In this document: one piece after another, positions 33,917 through 44,168 of the stretch
Layout: each line of letters opens with the position of its first letter
Position numbering within the stretch: position 1 is the stretch's first letter
Source of the DNA: an uncultured Pseudomonadota bacterium
GTDB lineage: Bacteria; Pseudomonadota; Gammaproteobacteria; Burkholderiales; SG8-39
Reading direction: 5' to 3'
Length of the DNA: 64,000 bases
NCBI GenBank assembly: GCA_903921325.1
Contig: CAIXPL010000030.1
Coordinates: 10,032 to 74,031, forward strand
Notes under the pieces: model-generated
Database searches by the model: none
Told to the model about the DNA's origin: nothing
What the model saw: the letters and a program-made list of their open reading frames with translations, nothing else
Translations under genes and position numbers: made by a program

Positions 33917-34951
33917 ATGGCTCTGGCCGGAATGAACAACCGCGCCACGCAGCGTGCGCATTCGACTGTGCGATGGGCTATCGGCGTATGCGCTGGCGTG
34001 ATGTTCGTTGTTGCGACTCTGACGGGCACCAGCGCTCGTGCGCAGGTCGGCGCTTCCAATCGTGCCATGACATTGGTCGTACCCTTCAGTCCTGGTGCGG
34101 CCAACGATACGTTGGCCCGCATCCTCGCGCCGCAACTCAAGACCGCGCTGGGCTCGGTAGTAGTCGACAATCGACCGGGGGCCGATGGTGCCATCGGCGC
34201 AAACGCGGTCCTCAACGCCCCCCATGACGGTCACACCGTGTTGGTCGCACCCGATCAGTACGTCATTGCCGCGGCACTCGGTGAGGCGCAACCGTTTGAT
34301 TTTGAGCGCGACTTTGCCGCGGTGGTACGCACCAATGCATTGCCGTTCTTTCTGGTCACCAATCCGAAGATGTTGCCAGCGGAAAATCTTGCGGCGGTCG
34401 TGGCTGAGTTACGCGCTCGTCCCGGGCAGTACACCTACGGGTCGGCCGGCAACGGTTCACCGCACAATCTGGCCATGCTGATGCTTTTGCAGCATGAGCA
34501 TCTCGATCTGGTGCACGTCCCCTACAAGGGCATGGGACAGGGCATTCCGGACTTCATCGCCGGGCGGATTCAATTGGTGATCACCGGCCTGCCGGCGGTG
34601 AGTTCGCACCTGAAGGACGGGCGCTTGCGGGTACTGGCCACGGTCGGCACCCACCGTACCAGTCTGCGCCCGGATACCCCGACCTTTGCCGAGGCTGGCG
34701 TGAACGATGTACAGATGGACACCTGGCTCGGGCTGCTGGTGCCACGTGATTCTCCGCGGGCGATGATCGAGCGAATCAATCGTGCCGTGAACGCGGCGCT
34801 GCAACTGCCCGAGGTGCGCGAACAGATGGCAGCGCAGGGCATGGAGATTGGCGGCGGCACGCCGCAGGAGTTTGCTGCGATTATCCAGACATCGGGTGCG
34901 CGTTATCGCGCGCTCGCGCAATCAACTCAGATTGGCAAGCTGTTGCAGTAG
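33917..34951 (+). CDS. Bug-family (TctC-like) tripartite tricarboxylate transporter substrate-binding protein
   Basis: Signal peptide ..ATLTGTSARAQ. Bug blocks (VVPFSPGAANDTLAR, VDNRPGADG, YGSAGNGSPHNLAM, VPYKGMGQ). The track ORF starts at GTG 33851, overlapping the sulfatase stop. No tctA/tctB nearby. Confidence 0.85.
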   Translation: MALAGMNNRATQRAHSTVRWAIGVCAGVMFVVATLTGTSARAQVGASNRAMTLVVPFSPGAANDTLARILAPQLKTALGSVVVDNRPGADGAIGANAVLNAPHDGHTVLVAPDQYVIAAALGEAQPFDFERDFAAVVRTNALPFFLVTNPKMLPAENLAAVVAELRARPGQYTYGSAGNGSPHNLAMLMLLQHEHLDLVHVPYKGMGQGIPDFIAGRIQLVITGLPAVSSHLKDGRLRVLATVGTHRTSLRPDTPTFAEAGVNDVQMDTWLGLLVPRDSPRAMIERINRAVNAALQLPEVREQMAAQGMEIGGGTPQEFAAIIQTSGARYRALAQSTQIGKLLQ

Positions 34952-35072
34952 TCGCCCAGGGCGACGCCTTGGCGCTATGCCGCTCAAACAGTGCTGCGAA
35001 CGCGATACCGACGGCCTACTGGGGATCGCCCTGCGCGTGCGACCGGCGGCCTCGCGCGGCAACAATAAGGGG

Positions 35073-35948
35073 CTAGCTCGGAAAGAGCAGGGCGCGCGCC
35101 TCGTCGACACTGGCGACGCGCTCGCCGATCGATTCAATGATCTTCACGGCCCGTTCCACCAGCGGGGCATTGCCCGGGGACAACTGGCCATGCGCCAGAT
35201 AAAGATTGTCCTCGAGCCCAACGCGCACATGGCCGCCCAGCACCACCGCCTGTGCGACCATCGGAAACTGGAAGCGCGAGATGCCAAAGGCAGCCCATGG
35301 GGCACCCGGTGGCAGATCATTTCGCATGATCATCATGGCCTCGGGGCTGGCCGGGGCACCCCAGGGCACACCCAGGCAGAGCTGAAAGAGGCCAGGGCCT
35401 GCAATTGACCCGCTTTCCACCATATGGCGTGCCAGGCGTACATGGCCAAGATCGAACACTTCAAGCTCAGGCTTGACCCCGGCACTGGCAATCATTTGTG
35501 CCATGCGGTCGAGCATTTTGGGTGGATTGACGAAGGCATGGGCTGACCAGTTCATCGTCGCCACATCGAGACTGCACAGGTCGGGCTTGAGTGCAAGGAC
35601 ATGCTCGACACGTTTTGCGGCACTCGCCATGGTGGAACTGCCATCCCCCACATTGGGATCGCCCTCGGAGGGGTTGAATCGAGCACCAGCTCCCGTTGTG
35701 AGGTTGATCAGTACCCGAGTGCCACTGGCACGGATGCGCTCAACGGTCTCACGGTAGCAGGCGAGGTCCATTGAGGGTTTGCCGGTGGCCGGATCGCGTA
35801 CATGGATGTGGACAATGGCGGCACCGGCGTTGGCCGCCGCGATGCACTCATCGGCGATTTGCGCGGGTGTGACCGGAACGTGGGGACTCAGCTTGACTGT
35901 ATCGCCGCCGCCGGTGACGGCGCAGGTGATGATGACCGGGCGTGCCAT
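35073..35948 (-). CDS. 3-keto-5-aminohexanoate cleavage enzyme family (BKACE/DUF849) protein
   Basis: MARPVIITCAVTGG, PVTPAQIA....A..AGAAIVHIHVRD. Length about 290 aa. Confidence 0.8.
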   Translation of the reverse strand: MARPVIITCAVTGGGDTVKLSPHVPVTPAQIADECIAAANAGAAIVHIHVRDPATGKPSMDLACYRETVERIRASGTRVLINLTTGAGARFNPSEGDPNVGDGSSTMASAAKRVEHVLALKPDLCSLDVATMNWSAHAFVNPPKMLDRMAQMIASAGVKPELEVFDLGHVRLARHMVESGSIAGPGLFQLCLGVPWGAPASPEAMMIMRNDLPPGAPWAAFGISRFQFPMVAQAVVLGGHVRVGLEDNLYLAHGQLSPGNAPLVERAVKIIESIGERVASVDEARALLFPS

Positions 35949-35963
35949 GAATATCCTGCCTCC

Positions 35964-37106
35964 TCACGCGGTCTGTGAGCGACCGGACTGATCGCTGGCT
36001 GCCGAGCCTTGCGCAGCAATCGCCGCATTCACTCGTGGCATCACTTCGGTTGCCATCAACTCCATCGATCGGCGTGCCAGACGCTCATCGACCCAGTCCA
36101 TGCCCGCATAGACAATTTCGCCAAAATCACCGACCTGATCGCGCAGCGCGAGGATCTGATCGACCACGCTGTTGACCGATCCATGGATCACCAATCGATC
36201 CATGATTGAATCGTGAGTGACCTCTTCATCGGGCTGATCGGCACGCACCTTGAAGACGACATGGCGCTTGCCGCGGGTAAGCTTGTATTGAAGCTGGCGG
36301 TAATAGAAGCGATAGGGGCTTGATTCGTCTTCGCGCCCGTAGCGCCGTGCGGTGGCATCGTCATAGGCCACGAAGATGGTGCGTGCAATGCGCCAATCGG
36401 CTGTGTGTGCGATCTGACCTGCCTTGGCCTTGCCCTGCGCATAATTGTCCCAATGCGATGGCAACCAATGCGGCAGCAGAAAATTGGCCGACAGCGGATG
36501 AAAGTCGCGTTCACCCATCGCAATCACGCCTTTGGAGAACGGCGCCACCACGGTGCCGACGATTTCCGGGCGCGGGGACTGGTAGGGCTTGGGCATGATG
36601 CCGGTGCCCACATCCGGGTTGAACGTGGTCTGGGTGGTGACCTTGTAGCGGTTGTTCGGAAAGTCGATGTCATAGGGCGGCTTGCGTTCCCAGATGGCGA
36701 GAATCACATCAATCGCCTCGGCGAACATCTGATTGCGGTCTTCCTTGAGGATGCCGATCGCTTCGGCGTCCGAGGCGAGTGCGCCGGGGCTGATTCCAAG
36801 GATGAAACGGCCTTGTGCCAGGTGATCGAACATTGCCGCCTGGGCTGCAATCAGCACCGGGTGCATATGCGAGAGGTTGGAGGTGCCGCTACCCAGCAAA
36901 ATGGTCTTGGTCGAGTGAATGAGTGTGGCGAGAAACATCATGCTGTTGGTGACGCTCTCGGCCTTATCGGTCAGGTGTTCTCCAACAAACGCATCATGAA
37001 AGCCCAATTGATCGGCAAGGATGATGGCTTCTCTGTCCTCGCGCAGGGTTTCGGTGTAATTGCGATGAAGCGGGTGAATCGGCATGGTGAAATAACCAAG
37101 GCGCAT
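35964..37106 (-). CDS. LLM-class (luciferase-like) flavin-dependent oxidoreductase
   Basis: MRLGYFTMP, GFHDAFVGEH, RFILGISPG. Typical length of 380 aa. Confidence 0.75.
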   Translation of the reverse strand: MRLGYFTMPIHPLHRNYTETLREDREAIILADQLGFHDAFVGEHLTDKAESVTNSMMFLATLIHSTKTILLGSGTSNLSHMHPVLIAAQAAMFDHLAQGRFILGISPGALASDAEAIGILKEDRNQMFAEAIDVILAIWERKPPYDIDFPNNRYKVTTQTTFNPDVGTGIMPKPYQSPRPEIVGTVVAPFSKGVIAMGERDFHPLSANFLLPHWLPSHWDNYAQGKAKAGQIAHTADWRIARTIFVAYDDATARRYGREDESSPYRFYYRQLQYKLTRGKRHVVFKVRADQPDEEVTHDSIMDRLVIHGSVNSVVDQILALRDQVGDFGEIVYAGMDWVDERLARRSMELMATEVMPRVNAAIAAQGSAASDQSGRSQTA

Positions 37107-37458
37107 CGTACTGTCTCTCTCAGAGTGGATTCATCGGGGAATCGATGATGGGGGGTTAGTTCGGCTACGGTCTGCATCGCGGCGGCAGACGCTCATCAGC
37201 GCAAGGGTAACCGAAATCAGCGGTGCGACTTGGGTCGGGCACCGTGACGCGCGATTGCAGATGGCATCGACACCTCTGCCGGCAGTTGGTCATCGTGCGA
37301 TGGTGTTCGGCCGGCCACCGCGCGGGCAATTTGTGGTGATCGGCTCCCGGTGCGCCGATCAATCAAAGGTTCATCGGTCAAATGCGCAGCCACGGAAAAA
37401 GTCGGTAGAATCCTCGGCCCAGCGGCACTGAGACAAGCCGCAACATGCGCAGGGCCAC

Positions 37459-37547
<89 letters not shown>

Positions 37548-37782
37548 TGAATCAATGACCCTGAGACGTGGGTGTTGGCGCAGGATGGAGCTTGATCAAT
37601 GCAAAAAATAACGCGAATCGAACGCGGACGGCATATACCCATGCGGTTTTCTTCGGCTGCAAGCGCGCCCGCGCTGGATCGCCTGCCGGCGCCCGCCGGA
37701 TTTGCTTGCGACCATGTTGCGATCGCAGTTCCGCAACACCATCCGGTGACCGCATCGAATAACTACTCCATTATTATTTTTT

Positions 37783-37797
37783 GCAACTGACTGTTGC
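37783..37797. promoter_or_regulatory. small inverted repeat GCAAC-N5-GTTGC in the AT-rich region upstream of the MFS gene (possible operator)
   Basis: Read directly (GCAACTGACTGTTGC) about 65 nt upstream of TTG 37864. No cognate regulator gene is visible. Confidence 0.2.
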
Positions 37798-37863
37798 CGA
37801 GTAATTAAGTTAGGGAAGTATCGATAATTCTTGGTTTAAAACCCTTTGAGTTGAGGTGATCTT

Positions 37864-39165
37864 TTGAATTCATCGAACGACGTTACCGCGCTGGATCTGG
37901 CCCAGCAAACCTATGGCCCCATCGTCGGTAACCGATGGATACAGCTGACTGCTGGCGTCATTGCGATGGTCGTTATATCGAACTTTCAGTATGCGTTTAC
38001 GCTATTTACGCCCGGACTGAAGCAACAGTTTTCCTCGGTCCCGTATTCTGAAATCGCCCTTATTTACACCCTGTTTGTCCTGTTTGAAACATGGCCGGTG
38101 CCGGTGGCCGGCTACTTCATTGACAAATTTGGCATTCGGAATCTCATGCTGGTTGGTTCCGTCCTTATCTTTTTGGGCTGGTTTTTGGGTGGAATGTTCG
38201 CAACATCGGTGTTTCACCTGTATCTCACCTATGGCGTTCTTGCCGGTACCGGTGCGGGCATCATTTATATCGCCACCGTAGCAAATGCGATCAAATGGTT
38301 TCCGGATAAAAGGGGTTTGGCGGCCGGCCTGACCGCCGCGGGATTTGGTGGTGGCTCGGCGCTCACCCTGATCCCGATCAGCGGCAGCATAACGTCCATG
38401 GGGTGGGCCGGTGCCATGACCTGGTGGGGCATCGGACAGGGCGTCGTCGCCATTGCTATGGCGTTCATTTTGCATCACCCGCCCAAGGGTTGGTTGCCGA
38501 AAAATTGGGTACAGCCGAAAGCGGTTGTGCAGACCGGGCAGGAGTTTTCCGCGAGGAAGATGCTGTCGCAAAAAGAGTTTTACATCATGTACGCGATGTT
38601 TCTGATGGTTTGCACGGGTGGGCTGATGACCACCGGCAACATGTCACAAATCGCGAAATCACTTAACGTGTTTGACGCCAAGGTAATGGGTATCGCCATT
38701 GTCCCGTTTGTTGCAACTCTGGCCGGGATTACCAATGCGTTTGCCAGAATCATGTGGGGTGCGGTGTCGGACCGCTTCGGTCGTGAGTACACGATGGCCT
38801 TTGCTTTTGCACTAGAGGGTGTGCTGATTTGCCTGATGACGCAAATTGCTGGTAATCCCGTTGCATTCATGATCCTCATGCCCTTTGTATTCCTGGCTTG
38901 GGGCGAAATATATGCGCTGTTTTCCGCCATAACCGGTGACGTATTTGGTCCAAAAAACGCCTCCGGCAACTACGGTATTTTGTACACGGCGAAGGGACTC
39001 TCCGCCATTCTTGCGGGATGGGGCGCGGCGGCAGTGGCGGCGTACTATGCGGGTTCGTTCGCCGTACCCTACTACATTGCGGCGGCCGCGGACATTATCG
39101 CTGCAATAGCAGCCCTATTTATCCTGCGGCCCCTTATCAGGAAAAGGATCGCCGGAGAGTCTTGA
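37864..39165 (+). CDS. MFS transporter, oxalate/formate antiporter (OFA)-like family
   Basis: 12-TM ORF with N-terminal GNRWIQL.AG and the OFA-like loop FPDKRGLAAGLTAAGFGGG. TTG start with a GAGGTG SD 5 nt upstream. Visibly lower GC than its neighbours. Confidence 0.8.
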   Translation: MNSSNDVTALDLAQQTYGPIVGNRWIQLTAGVIAMVVISNFQYAFTLFTPGLKQQFSSVPYSEIALIYTLFVLFETWPVPVAGYFIDKFGIRNLMLVGSVLIFLGWFLGGMFATSVFHLYLTYGVLAGTGAGIIYIATVANAIKWFPDKRGLAAGLTAAGFGGGSALTLIPISGSITSMGWAGAMTWWGIGQGVVAIAMAFILHHPPKGWLPKNWVQPKAVVQTGQEFSARKMLSQKEFYIMYAMFLMVCTGGLMTTGNMSQIAKSLNVFDAKVMGIAIVPFVATLAGITNAFARIMWGAVSDRFGREYTMAFAFALEGVLICLMTQIAGNPVAFMILMPFVFLAWGEIYALFSAITGDVFGPKNASGNYGILYTAKGLSAILAGWGAAAVAAYYAGSFAVPYYIAAAADIIAAIAALFILRPLIRKRIAGES

Positions 39166-39302
39166 TCGACGGCGCTGCATTGTGGGTGGCGCCGCGGAGA
39201 TCAATCACGAGCTCGCTGGTTGCGATGAAACTGGTGCGTACCGAGTAAGGGAGTAGATCGCCCTCGCTTTGGTTCGATGCCTGAAAAGCACCTTGGGGAT
39301 CG

Positions 39303-40091
39303 CTACTCGAATCCAAGCAGCGCTGCATGCCCTGATTCATCGCGCAGGCTATCGCTTGTAGCTTCGCGGGTGATATGGCCATGCTCCATCACCAGGCAGC
39401 GCGCACACAATTGCACCGCGATGTCGATGCGTTGTTCCACGAGCACCAGCGCCAGTTCGCGCTCGGCCACCAGCAGGGACAATGCGTGCACCAGCTGGTC
39501 AATGACCACGGGCGCGAGGCCCTCGGTGGGTTCATCCATCAGCAGCACCGCCGGATTGCCCATGAGGGCCCGAGCGATGGCGAGCATTTGCTGCTCACCG
39601 CCTGAGAGGATGCCGGCAAGACTCGTGCGACGCGCAGCCAGTGACGGGAAGAGCGCATAGATGCGCGCGCTGGTCCATCGACCTGGACGCATCGCAACGG
39701 CCAGGTGTTCGGCGACCGTCAGACTGGGAAACACTTCACGTTGCTGCGGCACGTGGCCCAGACCTGCACGGGCACGCACATGCACAGCAGCCGTGCTCAA
39801 GTCGCGTGCACCCAGCCGCACCTGCCCGGCGTGACGCTGCGCGCGTCCGATGATCAGTTCGAGCAGGGTTGTTTTGCCCATGCCATTGCGTCCAACAATC
39901 GCAACGCTCTCGCCTGAACCGACGGCCAGATCGACACCCTGAACGATGGTCGTCGGCCCCCAGCCGCCAGCCAGTCCCTGCACAGTCAGACCCCGCACAG
40001 ACTGGTCCCGCACAGACTGGTCCCGCACAGACTGGTCCCGCACAGACTGGTCCCGCACAGACTGACGCTGTACTGCGTTGGTCTGCTGCAT
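39303..40091 (-). CDS. branched-chain-amino-acid-type (HAAT family) ABC transporter ATP-binding protein, LivF-like
   Basis: Walker A GRNGMGKTT, signature LSGGEQQMLAIARAL, Walker B LLMDEPTEGLAP. ATG 40091 follows the LivG-like stop by 1 nt. The N-terminus then contains (QSVRD)x4-5. An in-frame GTG at 39998 would instead give a canonical N-terminus. Confidence 0.85.
   Translation of the reverse strand: MQQTNAVQRQSVRDQSVRDQSVRDQSVRDQSVRGLTVQGLAGGWGPTTIVQGVDLAVGSGESVAIVGRNGMGKTTLLELIIGRAQRHAGQVRLGARDLSTAAVHVRARAGLGHVPQQREVFPSLTVAEHLAVAMRPGRWTSARIYALFPSLAARRTSLAGILSGGEQQMLAIARALMGNPAVLLMDEPTEGLAPVVIDQLVHALSLLVAERELALVLVEQRIDIAVQLCARCLVMEHGHITREATSDSLRDESGHAALLGFE
39976..40066 (-). repeat. 15-bp tandem array (4 perfect + 2 imperfect units, CCCGCACAGACTGGT) at the 5' end of the LivF-like gene
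   Basis: Perfect units at 39992, 40007, 40022 and 40037, with imperfect units on both sides. Translates to QSVRD repeats on the minus strand. Confidence 0.9.
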
Positions 40092-40092
40092 G

Positions 40093-40896
40093 TCAGCTCC
40101 TGTGGTCATAACGCGCCTGCCCGCCTGAGCCGAGGTAGACCCGACGCACCGCCTCGCTTGTCATGATCGCCTCGGGCGTATCGGTGGCGAGCACCTGACC
40201 AGCAACGAGTACGGTGACTGTCTGGGCGAACCGCCGAACTATGCGCATGTCATGCTCGATCATCAAAATCGCAATGTCGCATGGCAGCCGTTCGATGGCC
40301 GACATCATGCGTTCGGCGTCAGCGCTGGCCACACCGGCGGCCGGTTCATCGAGCAGCAGTACTCGGGGTTCAAGGGCCAGGGCCAGTGCAATTTCGAGCA
40401 GCCGCTGCGGTCCGTAGGCCAGCTCACTGACCCGTCGCCCGGCCTCGTGCTCGAGCCCGACCTGTGCCAGTGTCGCCAAGGCGCGCTCAGCGAGGTGAGT
40501 CAATGAGCCGATCGACCGCAGCATCGAACGGCTGGTGCCAGCGTGCTCACTCAGTGCAAGCTCGACATTCTGGCGCACGGTCAAAGACGGAAAGAGGCTG
40601 TTGACTTGAAAGGTGCGCACCAGCCCGTGTTTCACGCGCGCTTGCGGCGAGAGCCGCGTCACATCGGTGCTGCCCAGCCAAATCTGCCCGCTGTCTATAC
40701 GCAATAGCCCGGTGAGCAATCCAACCAAGGTTGTCTTGCCCGCACCGTTGGGCCCGATCAGCGCATGGCGCGCCCCGGCTGGCAGGCTCAAATGAATATT
40801 GTCGGCAACGGTCAGGCCGCCGAAGCGTTTGTGCAGCCCGCGGGCGGTGAGCGCGTATGGAGTACTCGCGCCGGACTCACTCATGGGCTCACTCAT
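40093..40896 (-). CDS. HAAT-family ABC transporter ATP-binding protein, LivG-like
   Basis: L.A.GL.KRFGGL.V...I.L, Walker [37 protein letters not shown] 40896 forms an ATGA overlap with the upstream permease stop. The track ORF start 41040 is rejected. Confidence 0.88.
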   Translation of the reverse strand: MSEPMSESGASTPYALTARGLHKRFGGLTVADNIHLSLPAGARHALIGPNGAGKTTLVGLLTGLLRIDSGQIWLGSTDVTRLSPQARVKHGLVRTFQVNSLFPSLTVRQNVELALSEHAGTSRSMLRSIGSLTHLAERALATLAQVGLEHEAGRRVSELAYGPQRLLEIALALALEPRVLLLDEPAAGVASADAERMMSAIERLPCDIAILMIEHDMRIVRRFAQTVTVLVAGQVLATDTPEAIMTSEAVRRVYLGSGGQARYDHRS

Positions 40897-41870
40897 GGGC
40901 GCCCTTTGGCGCGTCGGCCGATTGTCTGCCGCGAACGCTCGGTGATTCGCCGGGCAATGCCGACCAACCCACCTTCGCCAATGCGCACAACGAACACCAG
41001 CAGCGCACCGATGATGAACATCCAGTGGTAGGGGTTCCATTCTGCCGCCAGGTGATGGACCAGCATGTAGACAATGGCCCCGACCAGCGCCCCGTAGAGG
41101 CTGCCAGTGCCACCCAGGACCAGCATGACGAGCACGTCGATCGACGTATTGATACTCAATACATCGGTGCCGACAAAGCGGGTGGTCTGTGCCGAAAGCG
41201 CTCCGGCGACGCCAGCCAGAAGAGCGCTGGACAGGTAGGCGCGCAGCAGGTGCGACTGTACCGGCGCACCCAGGTAGGCCATACGCACGGGATTATCGCG
41301 TATGCCACGCAGCGCCAGCCCAAAGGACGAACCGACGATGCGCTTGGCGCCTTGAAATCCGACAAACAGAAAGGCGAGCACATACAGGTATTCGACCCGC
41401 GCATACACCGACCAGTGGAACACCCCGAGCACAGGAGCGAGCACGATGTCGCTCAATCCGTTATCACCGCCTGTGAAATCGCTCGCCTTGTTGGCCAGTT
41501 CGAATGCAAAGAGCCCGAGCACCAGTGTCACCATGATCAGCGGCAGGCCGCGCGAGCGCAGAATGAACGGACCTGCGACGCCGGCCAGAAGGGCCGCTGC
41601 AATGCCGGCCAGAACGACACCGGAAACAGGCTCGGCCCAGCCCAGGGTGGCCAGCGCTGCCGCGGCGTACGCGCCGGCGCCAAAGTAGAGCGCATGACCG
41701 AGCGTGAGAATGCCGGCAATGCCCAGAGCCAGATCAAGGGACACGGCAAACAGTGCCATCACCGCGATTGCCGTAGCAAGCGACAGGTCGGACGGAAAGA
41801 TGACGACCACCGCAAGCGCCGCGACCCAGAAGGGCGCTTCAAGCGAGGGCCACTGCAGCAGGCGATTCAT
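40893..41870 (-). CDS. HAAT-family ABC transporter permease, LivM-like
   Basis: Polytopic BPD_transp_2-type ORF. ATG 41870 forms an ATGA overlap with the LivH-like stop. Confidence 0.85.
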   Translation of the reverse strand: MNRLLQWPSLEAPFWVAALAVVVIFPSDLSLATAIAVMALFAVSLDLALGIAGILTLGHALYFGAGAYAAAALATLGWAEPVSGVVLAGIAAALLAGVAGPFILRSRGLPLIMVTLVLGLFAFELANKASDFTGGDNGLSDIVLAPVLGVFHWSVYARVEYLYVLAFLFVGFQGAKRIVGSSFGLALRGIRDNPVRMAYLGAPVQSHLLRAYLSSALLAGVAGALSAQTTRFVGTDVLSINTSIDVLVMLVLGGTGSLYGALVGAIVYMLVHHLAAEWNPYHWMFIIGALLVFVVRIGEGGLVGIARRITERSRQTIGRRAKGRP

Positions 41871-42745
41871 CGCACTCGCCCGGCAAAGAGGCCGTTGGGC
41901 CGCCACAACGTGAGTACGACAAATACACCGTAGACGACGAACGCACCGGCAACCGGCAGCAGGTAGCGCGCTGCCGTGTCGACCACGCCCACGAGCACAG
42001 CTACGCCCGCCGATGCGCGCAGATTGCCCATGCCTGCCAGTGACACCACGATCAGCATCAGCGTGAGATATTTGAACGGGTAGAGCGGTTCCAGTGGCAG
42101 CATCGCAAAGCCGATCGCACCACCAAAGGCGGCCAGCGCGCTACCCAGTGCAAAGGCGAGCGAATAGAGTCGTCGCACGTCGATACCGGTCGCCGCGGCC
42201 ATGCTGCGGTTATCGACTGCGGCACGCAGCCGTGCGCCAAACTGGGTGCGCTCAAAGAGCAGCCACAGAAGCGTGATGAGCGCGAGGCCGAGCGCAATGA
42301 CAAACACCCGATAGGTCTGCACCTTGCGAAAGCCCAGATCGAGGCCTTGCATCAGCCATGCGGGCAGGCGCGCAGGGACCACGTCAGGGCCAAACACCAG
42401 ATTGAGGCTCGCGGTGGTCAGAAACATGAGCCCGATGGTCATCAACACCTGGTCGAGTTCGCTCGCCTGATAGAGGCTCGTGTAGACGAGTCGTTCGATC
42501 AACAGGCTGCCAACGCCCACCAGCAGCGCAGAGGCGAGCGCTGCCGCCACAAACGGCATGCCCAGGGTATTCATCAAGCCGACCGCGACATAGCCCCCGA
42601 TAGCGGCAAATGCCGCATGCGCCAGATTCACCACGCGCATCAGCCCCAGGGTAAGGACCAGACCCACCGAGAGCATGAACAGCACGATGCCATAGGAAAT
42701 GCCGTAGAGCGCAATGAAACTGGCACCAGCGAAGAACGGCTCCAT
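41867..42745 (-). CDS. HAAT-family ABC transporter permease, LivH-like
   Basis: 292-aa polytopic ORF (MEPFFAGASFIALYGISYGIVLFML.., ...GYVAVGL). First permease of the operon. Confidence 0.85.
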   Translation of the reverse strand: MEPFFAGASFIALYGISYGIVLFMLSVGLVLTLGLMRVVNLAHAAFAAIGGYVAVGLMNTLGMPFVAAALASALLVGVGSLLIERLVYTSLYQASELDQVLMTIGLMFLTTASLNLVFGPDVVPARLPAWLMQGLDLGFRKVQTYRVFVIALGLALITLLWLLFERTQFGARLRAAVDNRSMAAATGIDVRRLYSLAFALGSALAAFGGAIGFAMLPLEPLYPFKYLTLMLIVVSLAGMGNLRASAGVAVLVGVVDTAARYLLPVAGAFVVYGVFVVLTLWRPNGLFAGRVR

Positions 42746-42784
42746 CAGGATCGCGGATGTGGCGTCGTGCGGCCCCGCCTGAGC

Positions 42785-43960
42785 CTAAGGCGCCTTCACC
42801 GCAGGAAAGGTCTCGACGATGCTGTTCTGCAGCTTGACAGCAACCCGCTCGACGCGCCGGATATACATCGGCTGGGTGAGCTCATGGGTGGCCGCCTCGA
42901 TGGTCACCGGGCCGCGCGGACTCTCCCAGCTCACCCCTTCCATCGCCTTCACCGCCGCCGGGCCGTCAAATGGCTTGCCCTTTTGCGATTCGATCATGCG
43001 GTAGAGGATGCCCATACCGTCATAGGCGCTCATGGTCGAGAATGTCGGAATCGCTGAAGCCCCATTGGTCTTGGCGAGCGCATCCTTGAAGCGGCGATTG
43101 GCAGCAAACGGTGCGTCGATCGCGTAGTAGAGCGATGAATACACGCCGATCACCGAATCATCGAACAGGTGCAGTTCGTTGTCATCGGTCTCCGCTGAGC
43201 CCACGATGGGTATGCGCGTTGGCGATACGCCCTGGGCGACCAGCGCCTTCATGAACGACACGGCGGGCGCGCCGGCGGGAATGAACACTGTGATGACATC
43301 GGCGTGGGCATTGGCAATCCGCTCGGCAAAGGGCGCGAAGTCGACCGTGTTGAGCGGCATGCGGTCCTCGCCCACGATGCTGCCGCCCAATTGGGTGAAG
43401 CGTCCTTTGAAACCCCCTTGCACATCGTGCCCCGGTGCGTAGTCAGCGACCGCAATGTAGGCGCGCCGCGCGCCACGCTTGATCGCCCAGTCAGCCGGCG
43501 GCAAGGCGGCCTGCAGGACGTTGTCGCCGGCGCGAATGAACAGGTTTGACTGCTTCATGATCCCTGGCGAGGCGGCCGTGAACAGCACCGCCGGCACGCG
43601 GGTTTCATTCACCACGGGTGCGATTGCCGTAGCTTCAGGAGACAGGTACAACCCACCGAGCAATGCGACCTTGTCGCGTACGATGAGTTCCTCGGCAAGG
43701 CGTTTGGCCACAGCCGGGTTGGTCCCCCCGACATCACGAAACAGTACTTCAACCTCGCGCCCGCCGACCCGGTTGCCGTTGAGCGCCAGAAACGTCGCGA
43801 TGCCCTGTCGGTATTGGACGCCGGCGGTGGCAAAAAGCCCGGTGAACGGGCCGATGATGCCGATGCGGATCTTCTCTTGCGCCAGTGCATGGCCACTGAG
43901 CGCAAGGGCGATGGCGATGGCGAAAAAGGTTCTGAGGGCGCTTGAGCGCGATGTCATCAT
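42785..43960 (-). CDS. periplasmic binding protein of the Liv-type ABC importer (Peripla_BP_6-like)
   Basis: Signal peptide ..ALALSGHALAQ followed by KIRIGIIGPFTG..A..G...R.G...F. About 390 aa, head of the operon. Confidence 0.82.
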   Translation of the reverse strand: MMTSRSSALRTFFAIAIALALSGHALAQEKIRIGIIGPFTGLFATAGVQYRQGIATFLALNGNRVGGREVEVLFRDVGGTNPAVAKRLAEELIVRDKVALLGGLYLSPEATAIAPVVNETRVPAVLFTAASPGIMKQSNLFIRAGDNVLQAALPPADWAIKRGARRAYIAVADYAPGHDVQGGFKGRFTQLGGSIVGEDRMPLNTVDFAPFAERIANAHADVITVFIPAGAPAVSFMKALVAQGVSPTRIPIVGSAETDDNELHLFDDSVIGVYSSLYYAIDAPFAANRRFKDALAKTNGASAIPTFSTMSAYDGMGILYRMIESQKGKPFDGPAAVKAMEGVSWESPRGPVTIEAATHELTQPMYIRRVERVAVKLQNSIVETFPAVKAP

Positions 43961-44168
43961 TCATGTCTCCTCGGGGCCTTGCGTGCGTTCATCGGGACGT
44001 GGGGCAATGGCAGGGCAGGCTTAGAATATCATGGGGCAAAGGGGCACTTGGCGCGGCGCCGGAAGTACGCAGTGCTGCAGGTGCAACAGGCCAGGGACGG
44101 GTGCGAACCGTGTTGCGCCGTGCCCGGTGCCACGCCCGGTGGAGCCGGGCATTGAGAAGGAGCAGACG

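Noticed and set aside
39976-40066. Possible CRISPR array (regular 15-bp repeats); likewise 9401-9505 and 49089-49148
   Set aside because: The units are directly adjacent with no spacers and are far shorter than CRISPR repeats. They lie inside or at the ends of genes, and no cas genes are present.
40857-41933. 358-aa ORF on the + strand opposite the LivM-like permease
   Set aside because: His/Arg/Gln/Gly-rich translation with no motif. The opposite strand encodes a recognisable polytopic permease with ATGA-coupled neighbours. This is a typical shadow ORF of GC-rich DNA.
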